Shown here piece by piece: positions 23,195-37,316 of a stretch of DNA of 64,000 nt; positions within the stretch are counted from its first letter, which is position 1, and each line of letters opens with the position of its first letter. The DNA is from Anolis carolinensis (lineage: Eukaryota), in the NCBI RefSeq assembly GCF_035594765.1, contig NW_026943820.1, positions 13,214,647 through 13,278,646 of the forward strand. The letters run 5' to 3'. Made by a program: the position numbers and the translations under genes. Below the pieces are notes generated by a model. It ran no database searches. It was given only the letters and a program-made list of their open reading frames with translations, and was not told where the DNA came from.

Positions 23195-25776
23195 GAACCC
23201 GGAGATTAGATTTATTTATTTTCTCTTTTTGTAGGTAGTCTGTCAGTAGTTTCCAGTCCGTTCTATGAATTGATGTTCTATCCTGGGCCAATTTTTGTGT
23301 CAGGAAGTCCACATTCATTATGTCCAACACTTTAGAAATCCATTTTTCAATACTAGGTATTTTATCCTTTGTAATTGCATAGATCACTAAACCTTTACTT
23401 TTTAAGGTTGCCTTCTCAATAGTCATTTTTTATATACATATTTATTTTCTCTTTTTGTAGGTAATCTGTAAGTAGTTTCCATTCCGCTCTATTAATTGAT
23501 GTTCTATCCTGGGCCAATTTTTGTGTCAGGAAAGCCATATTCATTATGTCCAAGTCTTTAGAAATCCATTTTTCAATACTAGGTATTTCTTGAAATTTCC
23601 ATTCCTGTGCCAGAGTAGCCGCTGTTGTAAAATAGAATATAATCCTATCTGTGTTTTTATCTACCTGTGGATTTGTGATTCCCAATAAAAATATTTATGA
23701 TTTAAATTCAAATTGTTCCTGTAAATTTTTTGTCATTTTTTTTATACCACGTACCAGACCTTTTTTACCCTTTTGCACTCCCGCCACATGTGGATGAAAG
23801 TGCCGATATTCTTTCCACTTTCCCAGCACTTTCCATTTGTTTTTCCTTTATTATACAAAGCCAGTTTTTTTGGAGTTAACTGCCACATGTAGAACATTTT
23901 GTGCCAATTCTCCTCGATCTCTGCTGCATATGCCTATCCTGGCTTCTTTGTCCATATCTCCTCCCATGCAAATGGTGTGTCCTACTTCTCTGGCCCATTT
24001 TATCATCACTTCCTTTACTTGTTCCTCCTCTGTCGCCCAGGTAAGTAATTGCCTAGAGATTATTTTTATTAATTTACTAGCTTGGGGACCCGGCGATGCC
24101 TGGGTCATTTGAGAAAGGCATTGTTTGCATGTGTTCCAAGTGTAATCAATATCCAATGTCAGCTGGGTTCAGTGGGTGTAGGTGAACTCCAACTCCCATT
24201 TGCAAGTCTCATCGTCCAGTGTCCATCCCCCTCCAAACAGCGCCAGGATGTAGAGTAGGTCATGGGGGCTCTATGTACCAAGTTTGGTCTTGATCAGTCA
24301 TTTGTGTGGGTCGCGGTGCTCTCAAGAAGTGAGTGAAGTTATAGCAAGTCCCATCATCCGTGGTCCCTCCTCCTCCAAACTTCACCAGGATGTAAAGTGG
24401 GCCACCCTGCACCTGTGTGTCAATTTGGTCCAGTTTCATCATTCGTAGGCATGACAGTGGTCTGTGGGAGGTGAATTGGATGAAGGTACTGCAGATCCCA
24501 TAATCCTTGGTCCATCCTCCGCCAAACTGCTGCAGCATGTAAAGTGTGTCATTTGGGGTATGTGTGCCTGGTTGAGTTCAGTTCTGTGATTTGTGGCAGT
24601 TGCTATATGCAACCATCTCAAAATAACACAACACACCAGACATCACAGTTGTGGAAAAGAAAAAGGTTTGGATCATTGATGTTGCCATCCCAGATGAGAG
24701 TTGCATTGACGAAAAACAACAGGAAAAACTCAGCCGCTATCAGGACCTCAGGATTGAATTGCAAAGACTCTGGCAGAAACCAGTGCAGGTGGTCCTGGTG
24801 GTGATGGGCACACTGGGTGCCGTGCCAAAAGATCTCAGCCGGCATTTGGAAACAATAGACGTTGACAAAATTACGATCCGTCAACTGCAAAAGGCCACCC
24901 TACTGGGATCTGCGCGCATCATCTGAAAATACATCACACAGTCCTAGACACTTGGGAAGTGTTCGACTTGTGGTTTTGTGATATGAAATCCAGCATATCT
25001 TTCTTGTTTGCTGTGTCATAATAAAATATTATTATTATTAATAATAATACCAATAATAATAATGCAGCATTTGTGTCCTATTTTTCTCCAGAGGTGACAT
25101 CTGACACTCAAACCAATCAGAATATTTAATTTATGTGCCACTTCTCTCCCATAATGGAGCCAACTTGCCCAGTTTCTGATTCAAAGAAGGATTGATAGAT
25201 ATTTCATTGATTTATTTCATTGGCTGTTGGATTGGGACCCAGGACAGCTCAGTTGAAACCAGTAGACTTTCAAACCACAGTTCAAACCATCGCAAGGGAC
25301 GTGATTGGCCAGATGGGACCGAGTAGAATGGACTTTGTTTGTTTTGTTTCCTTGGAGATGAGATAGAATGTTGGGAAAGGTGGCTGGTCAGTTGAGGTGT
25401 TGAGTGGCATTGGTCGGTTGAGGTGGTGAGTGGCAGTGTTCAGTTGAGGTGTTGAGTGGCATTGGTTGGTTGAGGTGGTGAGTGGCAGTGTTCAGTTGAG
25501 GTGTTGAGTGGCAGTGGTCAGTTGAGGTGGTGAGTGGCAGTGGTCGGTTGAGTTGGTGAGTGGCAGTGGTCGGTTGAGTTGGTGAGTGGCAGTGGTCGGT
25601 TGAGGTGGTCAGTTGAGGTGGTCAGTTGAGGAGATCACTTGTTGTGGTTGTTTGCGGTGGAGAGATTTCGAGAGCGAGAGCGGTCTTGACAAGACAGGCG
25701 CCTACGACATCGATTCCCTTCTAGGCATATTTGCCATTTGCGCTGTTCTCTTGACTTTTTTGCCTATTTCTTAGTC

Positions 25777-28700
25777 ATGGTAAGTGTTGTTAAAACGGGA
25801 CCTACTACTGCTTTGAAATGGGATGAGCTTTTAAAACTAACGTGGCTGCTTTCTCCTTACCCTTCATTTATAGGTTACTTAGTTTTTCAGTTCTCTCTGA
25901 GTGAGATTCAAGGGGATTTTGGAACAAAATAATAAAAATATCCTTGAGATGTAGAAAGGAATGAAAGGCTTTGTAATGAATATGCGAGTAAAAGGAAAAT
26001 GTGGCAATTTATACATGTTAAGATTTTTGAATAGGAGGTTGGTGGCTTGTCTATGGTTTCAGGCACTGGGGATGACTCTTCAACGGGTTTGGTGATTTAG
26101 TTTAAACTGTCCAAGGTACGGAACCTATTTTGGAATCGGGGCTCAGCACCTTGGGTAGCTCTTTTAAGATCCAGATTAAAGCTAAATTAAATTCACGATG
26201 TGCGGTGTGGATTTCTGCTGCCTCTTTTTTTGGCCGTCCCAAAAATCCCAGCATCTTTGGATGACTGCATATTTGAATATTTGAAAAGGGGAAGGAAACA
26301 CTTTCAACATCCCATGTAGACATTGATGAACTTCTTATCCATTCTCTTCCTAATCCTTGGAAGCTTTCACCCAAAAGATATGATTTTGGAAACAGTTCAA
26401 GGAAAAACCTATCGAGAAGGTGCCCTAAAATAATTTTCCAAGGCATAGTGGATCATTTTGCCCCAATTTCACTTGGCCTTCATCGTCTTTTGGAGGTTGT
26501 TTGTTGGCCTTTCCCAGAGCCTGAGTGTGACTTCCTCCAAGTCTTCCTGTGACCTCTTTCAAGATTTTAGAGCAGTGGTTCTCAACCTGGGTCCCCAGAT
26601 GTTTTTGGCCTTCAACTCCCAAAAATCTTAACAGCTGGTAAACTGGCTGGGGTTTCTGGGAGTTGTAGGCCAAAAACATCTGGGGTCCAGGTTGAGAACC
26701 ACCTCAGTTTTAGAGGCTGTGTTGTAAGACTAGAGAGCTATGTGGTATAGTGGTTTGAGTGTTGGATCAGGATGCAAGGAGACCAGGGCTCAAATCCCCA
26801 TTTGTTTTGGCCATAGCAACCCACTGGGTGACTCTGGGCAATACTGGAGGGAATTGGGTGCCTGAGACCATAAGAAATACGTGTTTTCTGATGGTCTTTG
26901 GAGACCCTTCTGAAATCTCCTAATAATAATAACAATTATAATAATAATAGTTTTATTCGGAAGGTCATCCTACTCGGACACGAGTGATTGCCGATGACAT
27001 GAATAGTTTTATTTCCCCCCCGCCTCTCCTGATGGCTTGAGGGGGGTTATAGCATGACTAAAGCGTAAACAAACACATCATCATTTTAAAACAATCTATT
27101 ATATATATATATATCAAAACATATTTCGACAAAACAAAACTTGCATACAGTATTTGAATACATCATTTAAAATGTGATATAGCAGGCTGTCCTACCTGTG
27201 AACACAATTTTTTGCAGTTTAATACACTTTTCCCCATTTTAATGATAGAACCAATTCATATTATTAATATTAATATTAATGCCCCTTTTTATCTCCCCGG
27301 AAGGGGACCTTTTGTTTATTTCTTCATAGAATGGGAATTCCACCAAGCAGAGTTAAGGCTCCTTCTTCCGCTATTTTCTTGCATCGGGGTGAAATTCGGT
27401 CATGTCCCCGATTTTGCTTTAGGACTCACCGGCGTGTTTTTCTTCTTTTGCAGCCGAAAGGCAGTGAGACCAAATCTGGAAGAAAAGGCAAGAGTCCTCA
27501 GGGCCCTGTCCCCGGTACATCCAGGAGCAAGCCCATCCAGAGCGGCGAAGACAAACTGCATGACTTGGACCCGGAGAGCTTCAACATAGTAGGTTTTCCT
27601 CTGACTGAATGTGGATAGTGAGGGGAAGCAGGTAGAAGGCGCCGACTTCCCAGATCTTGGGAGTTGGAGACACGGAAGAATTTAGAACTTGTGCTGCCTT
27701 CTGACTCTAACCATTTAAGGCTCCTTCTCTCAAGAGCCAGATATAGGGAATAGCAATGGAACGGGGAGGTTGAAAGTAACCCCGACTCCTTCCACCCCAC
27801 TCTGGGCCACCATATGGCTAAGAGATAGGCTTGCTCTCTGCTTGCTCTCCTTTTCAGTGCAAAGAGAGGATGCGGCCGGTGAAGAAAGCGCTGAAGCAGC
27901 TGGTCAATCCGAAGAGAGGGCTGTCTGAGAAGGATCAGGTGGAGCACATCCGGAGGTGCCTCCTGGAGATCGGTGACCACATCTCCGAGTGCTTGAAGGC
28001 GTTCTCGGAGCAGGAGGAGCTCAAGCTCTGGAGAGGGTAAGCCAGGCCTCCCGTCCCTGGGCTCAAGGGACACAAGAGGGAAAGCCTGGCCAGCACGGAG
28101 GGAACACACTCCCTTTCATGTCCCCAGGAACCTCTGGATCTTTGCCTCCAAGTTCACAGACTGTGATGCGAGGAAGCTGCACAACCTGTACAAGAGGGTG
28201 CACAAGAAGCGGTCCCAGGAGGAGGAGGTGAGACGGAGACATCGAAAGAGGGGAGGGTGCTACAGACCGTGGGGACTCAAAGGAGTGAGACTTCTGCATA
28301 GAGAAACAAGCAGGCGATCCCAGAAGCAAGAAACGTGTCCTCTAGGAAAACCTACAGGCATTTGTTTGCCTGGAACAGTTTTGGTCTTTTGGGACTCTTT
28401 CAATATATTCAAGGCAGGGGCAGCTGGGGATTGCAATCCAAGCTTTGGTCTCAATTACTGATCCTTTCTCCAGTGGTTTAGGTTTTTGGATAGCCCCAAG
28501 GTTAGATTAGAACTCAGAATAGCTAGAGACAGATGAATAGCTAGATATACAGACCAGCAGTCTGTTTATTAGTTGATTCACTTATTAAGGCAGTACTAGG
28601 AGGGTGTATTCTTCAGTTCCAATGTTAAAGAACTATCCCAGGGATTTAACTCTATCCCCTTGGATGCAACGCCTTTGAAAGTTCTACTAAAGTTCCGATG

Positions 28701-30282
28701 AGAGTGGTTTTACTGTCTCAAGGGGGAAAAAAGATAGAAACACCACCAACTGTGGTTCAGGTGGTTTGGTCAAGGCCTAGAAATCTCTTTTGGCCAGATC
28801 ACTGTCGTGTTTGTCACCAAGGCCTCTCTTTGCTCTCAGTGGAAACAGCAGAAGAAAGAAGAGGCCACCGGAGCCAAGAAGATGTTTCGCCCGGAGCACT
28901 GTGGGTCCAGCTTGGATTCCGTTTTGTCTCCCTTGCCCAACGCCACTTCAGCTCCTGCTNNNNNNNNNNNNNNNNNNNNNNNNNNNNNNNNNNNNNNNNN
29001 NNNNNNNNNNNNNNNNNNNNNNNNNNNNNNNNNNNNNNNNNNNNNNNNNNNNNNNNNNNNNNNNNNNNNNNNNNNNNNNNNNNNNNNNCAGCCCCATCCT
29101 TCTCAGATACATGGGCAACAGTGTGACAACTACAGCTACCCGAAGAAAAGGCCTTTCAGTAATTCGGGTAAGGGACCAAACGGAAGCTGGCACAACATGA
29201 GACAGCAAAACCAAGCAAATCCCTTTCCTTGGCTCATGTATAAGTCTATAAATCTAATCACGTGGCTCCCAAAGCTCTTGGCTTTACCGAAGAGTTTCCC
29301 TTTTCTTTCCTGCAGACCGAAGCGACTGGCAGCGGGAGCGCAAGCTCAGCTACGGCGGCAACTCCAGGCAAGGACGGGGTGGAGAACGGCACCATCCGTA
29401 CGAGCAGCACAGGCACAAGGAGCACCACGATGGAGACCGCCGCCCACGCGAGGAACCTCATTGCAGCTCGGAGAGCTACCAGCCCAAGACCCCCTCTCGC
29501 AAGCGGCCCCATGAGCAGGACAACAGTGACCGGGACCACCGGGGCCACCGTGACTCCTATGACCGGTGAGAATTAACTTCTCTTGTTCTCGGGATTCAGC
29601 ATTCAACAGGCTTCGTGTCCCTTCTCTCATCCAAGAGCTTGGGGAAGTTACTTTCTAGGACTACAGCTCTCTGAACCCAGTTGGCCATTGTGTCAAATGA
29701 GGCTGAATTGAATGGTGGGTCAAAATGGATCTTGTCATGAATTGTGTTGCTGAGGCTTGGATAAGTCATAAGCTTGGTGATAAAAGTGCCAGCTGCCTTT
29801 TTAAGAGCAGGGGGTGTCCTCCAAATGTTGCTAAGCAGGACTCCTTCAGGTTCAGTCCAAGAACATCTAGATTTACAGGAATGTGATTCCTAAGACCTCA
29901 AAGGGGGCCATGTTGCTGAGTGGCTTCTTCTGATTCCTCTCTGCGGTTGTCTCTTGTCCTGTCCAGGCACCACCATGATCCCAAGCGGCGAAGAACCGAA
30001 GAGATCCGTCCTCACCAGCAAGAATTCAGGCGGATGTCGGACCCCATCGGCTACCACGGCCAGGGGCCTTCAGACCACCACCGCTCTTTCCGCCCGGAGA
30101 AGTCTGGTGATTCTAAGATGTCCTCTGCTCCTCCCTCCAAGTACTACGATCCTCGCTCCCCACATGCACAGAAAGCCCCACATGAAGCCATGTCTGTCTT
30201 TGAACACCGGTCCCCCCTGCAAGGGTTATATAGGGATCAGAAGATCAGTCCTGGATATAACTGGCACAGCCGGAAGACATAA
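25777..30282 (+). CDS. CHD2 C-terminus-derived protein, copy 4 (~436 aa)
   Basis: Exons 25777-25779, 27454-27588, 27858-28036, 28128-28227, 28840-29167 (N-run 28960-29088), 29316-29565, 29967-30282. Confidence 0.68.
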
Positions 30283-32812
30283 GAACCCGGAGATTAGATT
30301 TATTTATTTTCTCTTTTTGTAGGTAGTCTGTCAGTAGTTTCCAGTCCGTTCTATGAATTGATGTTCTATCCTGGGCCAATTTTTGTGTCAGGAAGTCCAC
30401 ATTCATTATGTCCAACACTTTAGAAATCCATTTTTCAATACTAGGTATTTTATCCTTTGTAATTGCATAGATCACTAAACCTTTACTTTTTAAGGTTGCC
30501 TTCTCAATAGTCATTTTTTATATACATATTTATTTTCTCTTTTTGTAGGTAATCTGTAAGTAGTTTCCATTCCGCTCTATTAATTGATGTTCTATCCTGG
30601 GCCAATTTTTGTGTCAGGAAAGCCATATTCATTATGTCCAAGTCTTTAGAAATCCATTTTTCAATACTAGGTATTTCTTGAAATTTCCATTCCTGTGCCA
30701 GAGTAGCCGCTGTTGTAAAATAGAATATAATCCTATCTGTGTTTTTATCTACCTGTGGATTTGTGATTCCCAATAAAAATATTTATGATTTAAATTCAAA
30801 TTGTTCCTGTAAATTTTTTGTCATTTTTTTTATACCACGTACCAGACCTTTTTTACCCTTTTGCACTCCCGCCACATGTGGATGAAAGTGCCGATATTCT
30901 TTCCACTTTCCCAGCACTTTCCATTTGTTTTTCCTTTATTATACAAAGCCAGTTTTTTTGGAGTTAACTGCCACATGTAGAACATTTTGTGCCAATTCTC
31001 CTCGATCTCTGCTGCATATGCCTATCCTGGCTTCTTTGTCCATATCTCCTCCCATGCAAATGGTGTGTCCTACTTCTCTGGCCCATTTTATCATCACTTC
31101 CTTTACTTGTTCCTCCTCTGTCGCCCAGGTAAGTAATTGCCTAGAGATTATTTTTATTAATTTACTAGCTTGGGGACCCGGCGATGCCTGGGTCATTTGA
31201 GAAAGGCATTGTTTGCATGTGTTCCAAGTGTAATCAATATCCAATGTCAGCTGGGTTCAGTGGGTGTAGGTGAACTCCAACTCCCATTTGCAAGTCTCAT
31301 CGTCCAGTGTCCATCCCCCTCCAAACAGCGCCAGGATGTAGAGTAGGTCATGGGGGCTCTATGTACCAAGTTTGGTCTTGATCAGTCATTTGTGTGGGTC
31401 GCGGTGCTCTCAAGAAGTGAGTGAAGTTATAGCAAGTCCCATCATCCGTGGTCCCTCCTCCTCCAAACTTCACCAGGATGTAAAGTGGGCCACCCTGCAC
31501 CTGTGTGTCAATTTGGTCCAGTTTCATCATTCGTAGGCATGACAGTGGTCTGTGGGAGGTGAATTGGATGAAGGTACTGCAGATCCCATAATCCTTGGTC
31601 CATCCTCCGCCAAACTGCTGCAGCATGTAAAGTGTGTCATTTGGGGTATGTGTGCCTGGTTGAGTTCAGTTCTGTGATTTGTGGCAGTTGCTATATGCAA
31701 CCATCTCAAAATAACACAACACACCAGACATCACAGTTGTGGAAAAGAAAAAGGTTTGGATCATTGATGTTGCCATCCCAGATGAGAGTTGCATTGACGA
31801 AAAACAACAGGAAAAACTCAGCCGCTATCAGGACCTCAGGATTGAATTGCAAAGACTCTGGCAGAAACCAGTGCAGGTGGTCCTGGTGGTGATGGGCACA
31901 CTGGGTGCCGTGCCAAAAGATCTCAGCCGGCATTTGGAAACAATAGACATTGACAAAATTACGATCCGTCAACTGCAAAAGGCCACCCTACTGGGATCTG
32001 CGCGCATCATCTGAAAATACATCACACAGTCCTAGACACTTGGGAAGTGTTCGACTTGTGGTTTTGTGATATGAAATCCAGCATATCTTTCTTGTTTGCT
32101 GTGTCATAATAAAATAATATTATTATTAATAATAATACCAATAATAATAATGCAGCATTTGTGTCCTATTTTTCTCCAGAGGTGACATCTGACACTCAAA
32201 CCAATCAGAATATTTAATTTATGTGCCACTTCTCTCCCATAATGGAGCCAACTTGCCCAGTTTCTGATTCAAAGAAGGATTGATAGATATTTCATTGATT
32301 TATTTCATTGGCTGTTGGATTGGGACCCAGGACAGCTCAGTTGAAACCAGTAGACTTTCAAACCACAGTTCAAACCATCGCAAGGGACGTGATTGGCCAG
32401 ATGGGACCGAGTAGAATGGACTTTGTTTGTTTTGTTTCCTTGGAGATGAGATAGAATGTTGGGAAAGGTGGCTGGTCAGTTGAGGTGTTGAGTGGCATTG
32501 GTCGGTTGAGGTGGTGAGTGGCAGTGTTCAGTTGAGGTGTTGAGTGGCAGTGGTCAGTTGAGGTGGTGAGTGGCAGTGGTCGGTTGAGTTGGTGAGTGGC
32601 AGTGGTCGGTTGAGTTGGTGAGTGGCAGTGGTTGGTTGAGGTGGTCAGTTGAGGTGGTCAGTTGAGGAGATCACTTGTTGTGGTTGTTTGCGGTGGAGAG
32701 ATTTCGAGAGCGAGAGCGGTCTTGACAAGACAGGCGCCTACGACATCGATTCCCTTCTAGGCATATTTGCCATTTGCGCTGTTCTCTTGACTTTTTTGCC
32801 TATTTCTTAGTC

Positions 32813-35800
32813 ATGGTAAGTGTTGTTAAAACGGGACCTACTACTGCTTTGAAATGGGATGAGCTTTTAAAACTAACGTGGCTGCTTTCTCCTTACCCTT
32901 CATTTATAGGTTACTTAGTTTTTCAGTTCTCTCTGAGTGAGATTCAAGGGGATTTTGGAACAAAATAATAAAAATATCCTTGAGATGTGGAAAGGAATGA
33001 AAGGCTTTGTAATGAATATGCGAGTAAAAGGAAAATGTGGCAATTTATACATGTTAAGATTTTTGAATAGGAGGTTGGTGGCTTGTCCATGGTTTCAGGC
33101 ACTGGGGATGACTCTTCAACGGGTTTGGTGATTTAGTTTAAACTGTCCAAGGTACGGAACCTATTTTGGAATCGGGGCTCAGCACCTTGGGTAGCTCTTT
33201 TAAAATCCAGATTAAAGCTAAATTAAATTCACGATGTGCGGTGTGGATTTCTGCTGCCTCTTTTTTTGGCCGTCCCAAAAATCCCAGCATCTTTGGATGA
33301 CTGCATATTTGAATATTTGAAAAGGGGAAGGAAACACTTTCAACATCCCATGTAGACATTGATGAACTTCTTATCCATTCTCTTCCTAATCCTTGGAAGC
33401 TTTCACCCAAAAGATATGATTTTGGAAACAGTTCAAGGAAAAACCTATCGAGAAGGTGCCCTAAAATAATTTTCCAAGGCATAGTGGATCATTTTGCCCC
33501 AATTTCACTTGGCCTTCATCGTCTTTTGGAGGTTGTTTGTTGGCCTTTCCCAGAGCCTGAGTGTGACTTCCTCCAAGTCTTCCTGTGACCTCTTTCAAGA
33601 TTTTAGAGCAGTGGTTCTCAACCTGGGTCCCCAGATGTTTTTGGCCTTCAACTCCCAAAAATCTTAACAGCTGGCTGGGGTTTCTGGGAGTTGTAGGCCA
33701 AAAACATCTGGGGTCCAGGTTGAGAACCACCTCAGTTTTAGAGGCTGTGTTGTAAGACTAGAGAGCTATGTGGTATAGTGGTTTGAGTGTTGGATCAGGA
33801 TGCAAGGAGACCAGGGCTCAAATCCCCATTTGTTTTGGCCATAGCAACCCACTGGGTGACTCTGGGCAATACTGGAGGGAATTGGGTGCCTGAGACCATA
33901 AGAAATACGTGTTTTCTGATGGTCTTTGGAGACCCTTCTGAAATCTCCTAATTATAATAACAATTATAATAATAATAGTTTTATTCGGAAGGTCATCCTA
34001 CTCGGACACGAGTGATTGCCGATGACATGAATAGTTTTATTTCCCCCCCGCCTCTCCTGATGGCTTGAGGGGGGTTATAGCATGACTAAAGCGTAAACAA
34101 ACACATCATCATTTTAAAACAATCTATTATATATATATATATCAAAACATATTTCGACAAAACAAAACTTGCATACAGTATTTGAATACATCATTTAAAA
34201 TGTGATATAGCAGGCTGTCCTACCTGTGAACACAATTTTTTGCAGTTTAATACACTTTTCCCCATTTTAATGATAGAACCAATTCATATTATTAATATTA
34301 ATATTAATGCCCCTTTTTATCTCCCCGGAAGGGGACCTTTTGTTTATTTCTTCATAGAATGGGAATTCCACCAAGCAGAGTTAAGGCTCCTTCTTCCGCT
34401 ATTTTCTTGCATCGGGGTGAAATTCGGTCATGTCCCCGATTTTGCTTTAGGACTCACCGGCGTGTTTTTCTTCTTTTGCAGCCGAAAGGCAGTGAGACCA
34501 AATCTGGAAGAAAAGGCAAGAGTCCTCAGGGCCCTGTCCCCGGTACATCCAGGAGCAAGCCCATCCAGAGCGGCGAAGACAAACTGCATGACTTGGACCC
34601 GGAGAGCTTCAACATAGTAGGTTTTCCTCTGACTGAATGTGGATAGTGAGGGGAAGCAGGTAGAAGGCGCCGACTTCCCAGATCTTGGGAGTTGGAGACA
34701 CGGAAGAATTTAGAACTTGTGCTGCCTTCTGACTCTAACCATTTAAGGCTCCTTCTCTCAAGAGCCAGATATAGGGAATAGCAATGGAACGGGGAGGTTG
34801 AAAGTAACCCCGACTCCTTCCACCCCACTCTGGGCCACCATATGGCTAAGAGATAGGCTTGCTCTCTGCTTGCTCTCCTTTTCAGTGCAAAGAGAGGATG
34901 CGGCCGGTGAAGAAAGCGCTGAAGCAGCTGGTCAATCCGAAGAGAGGGCTGTCTGAGAAGGATCAGGTGGAGCACATCCGGAGGTGCCTCCTGGAGATCG
35001 GTGACCACATCTCCGAGTGCTTGAAGGCGTTCTCGGAGCAGGAGGAGCTCAAGCTCTGGAGAGGGTAAGCCAGGCCTCCCGTCCCTGGGCTCAAGGGACA
35101 CAAGAGGGAAAGCCTGGCCAGCACGGAGGGAACACACTCCCTTTCATGTCCCCAGGAACCTCTGGATCTTTGCCTCCAAGTTCACAGACTGTGATGCGAG
35201 GAAGCTGCACAACCTGTACAAGAGGGTGCACAAGAAGCGGTCCCAGGAGGAGGAGGTGAGACGGAGACATCGAAAGAGGGGAGGGTGCTACAGACCGTGG
35301 GGACTCAAAGGAGTGAGACTTCTGCATAGAGAAACAAGCAGGCGATCCCAGAAGCAAGAAACGTGTCCTCTAGGAAAACCTACAGGCATTTGTTTGCCTG
35401 GAACAGTTTTGGTCTTTTGGGACTCTTTCAATATATTCAAGGCAGGGGCAGCTGGGGATTGCAATCCAAGCTTTGGTCTCAATTACTGATCCTTTCTCCA
35501 GTGGTTTAGGTTTTTGGATAGCCCCAAGGTTAGATTAGAACTCAGAATAGCTAGAGACAGATGAATAGCTAGATATACAGACCAGCAGTCTGTTTATTAG
35601 TTGATTCACTTATTAAGGCAGTACTAGGAGGGTGTATTCTTCAGTTCCAATGTTAAAGAACTATCCCAGGGATTTAACTCTATCCCCTTGGATGCAACGC
35701 CTTTGAAAGTTCTACTAAAGTTCCGATGAGAGTGGTTTTACTGTCTCAAGGGGGAAAAAAGATAGAAACACCACCAACTGTGGTTCAGGTGGTTTGGTCA

Positions 35801-37316
35801 AGGCCTAGAAATCTCTTTTGGCCAGATCACTGTCGTGTTTGTCACCAAGGCCTCTCTTTGCTCTCAGTGGAAACAGCAGAAGAAAGAAGAGGCCACCGGA
35901 GCCAAGAAGATGTTTCGCCCGGAGCACTGTGGGTCCAGCTTGGATTCCGTTTTGTCTCCCTTGCNNNNNNNNNNNNNNNNNNNNNNNNNNNNNNNNNNNN
36001 NNNNNNNNNNNNNNNNNNNNNNNNNNNNNNNNNNNNNNNNNNNNNNNNNNNNNNNNNNNNNNNNNNNNNNNNNNNNNNNNNNNNNNNNNNNNNNNNNNNN
36101 NNNNNNNNNNNNNNNNNNNNNNCAGCCCCATCCTTCTCAGATACATGGGCAACAGTGTGACAACTACAGCTACCCGAAGAAAAGGCCTTTCAGTAATTCG
36201 GGTAAGGGACCAAACGGAAGCTGGCACAACATGAGACAGCAAAACCAAGCAAATCCCTTTCCTTGGCTCATGTATAAGTCTATAAATCTAATCACGTGGC
36301 TCCCAAAGCTCTTGGCTTTACCGAAGAGTTTCCCTTTTCTTTCCTGCAGACCGAAGCGACTGGCAGCGGGAGCGCAAGCTCAGCTACGGCGGCAACTCCA
36401 GGCAAGGACGGGGTGGAGAACGGCACCATCCGTACGAGCAGCACAGGCACAAGGAGCACCACGATGGAGACCGCCGCCCACGCGAGGAACCTCATTGCAG
36501 CTCGGAGAGCTACCAGCCCAAGACCCCCTCTCGCAAGCGGCCCCATGAGCAGGACAACAGTGACCGGGACCACCGGGGCCACCGTGACTCCTATGACCAG
36601 TGAGAATTAACTTCTCTTGTTCTCGGGATTCAGCATTCAACAGGCTTCGTGTCCCTTCTCTCATCCAAGAGCTTGGGGAAGTTACTTTCTAGGACTACAG
36701 CTCTCTGAACCCAGTTGGCCATTGTGTCAAATGAGGCTGAATTGAATGGTGGGTCAAAATGGATCTTGTCATGAATTGTGTTGCTGAGGCTTGGATAAGT
36801 CATAAGCTTGGTGATAAAAGTGCCAGCTGCCTTTTTAAGAGCAGGGGGTGTCCTCCAAATGTTGCTAAGCAGGACTCCTTCAGGTTCAGTCCAAGAACAT
36901 CTAGATTTACAGGAATGTGATTCCTAAGACCTCAAAGGGGGCCATGTTGCTGAGTGGCTTCTTCTGATTCCTCTCTGCGGTTGTCTCTTGTCCTGTCCAG
37001 GCACCACCATGATCCCAAGCGGCGAAGAACCGAAGAGATCCGTCCTCACCAGCAAGAATTCAGGCGGATGTCGGACCCCATCGGCTACCACGGCCAGGGG
37101 CCTTCAGACCACCACCGCTCTTTCCGCCCGGAGAAGTCTGGTGATTCTAAGATGTCCTCTGCTCCTCCCTCCAAGTACTACGATCCTCGCTCCCCACATG
37201 CACAGAAAGCCCCACATGAAGCCATGTCTGTCTTTGAACACCGGTCCCCCCTGCAAGGGTTATATAGGGATCAGAAGATCAGTCCTGGATATAACTGGCA
37301 CAGCCGGAAGACATAA
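32813..37316 (+). CDS. CHD2 C-terminus-derived protein, copy 5 (~438 aa)
   Basis: Exons 32813-32815, 34482-34616, 34886-35064, 35156-35255, 35868-36201 (N-run 35965-36122), 36350-36599, 37001-37316. Confidence 0.68.
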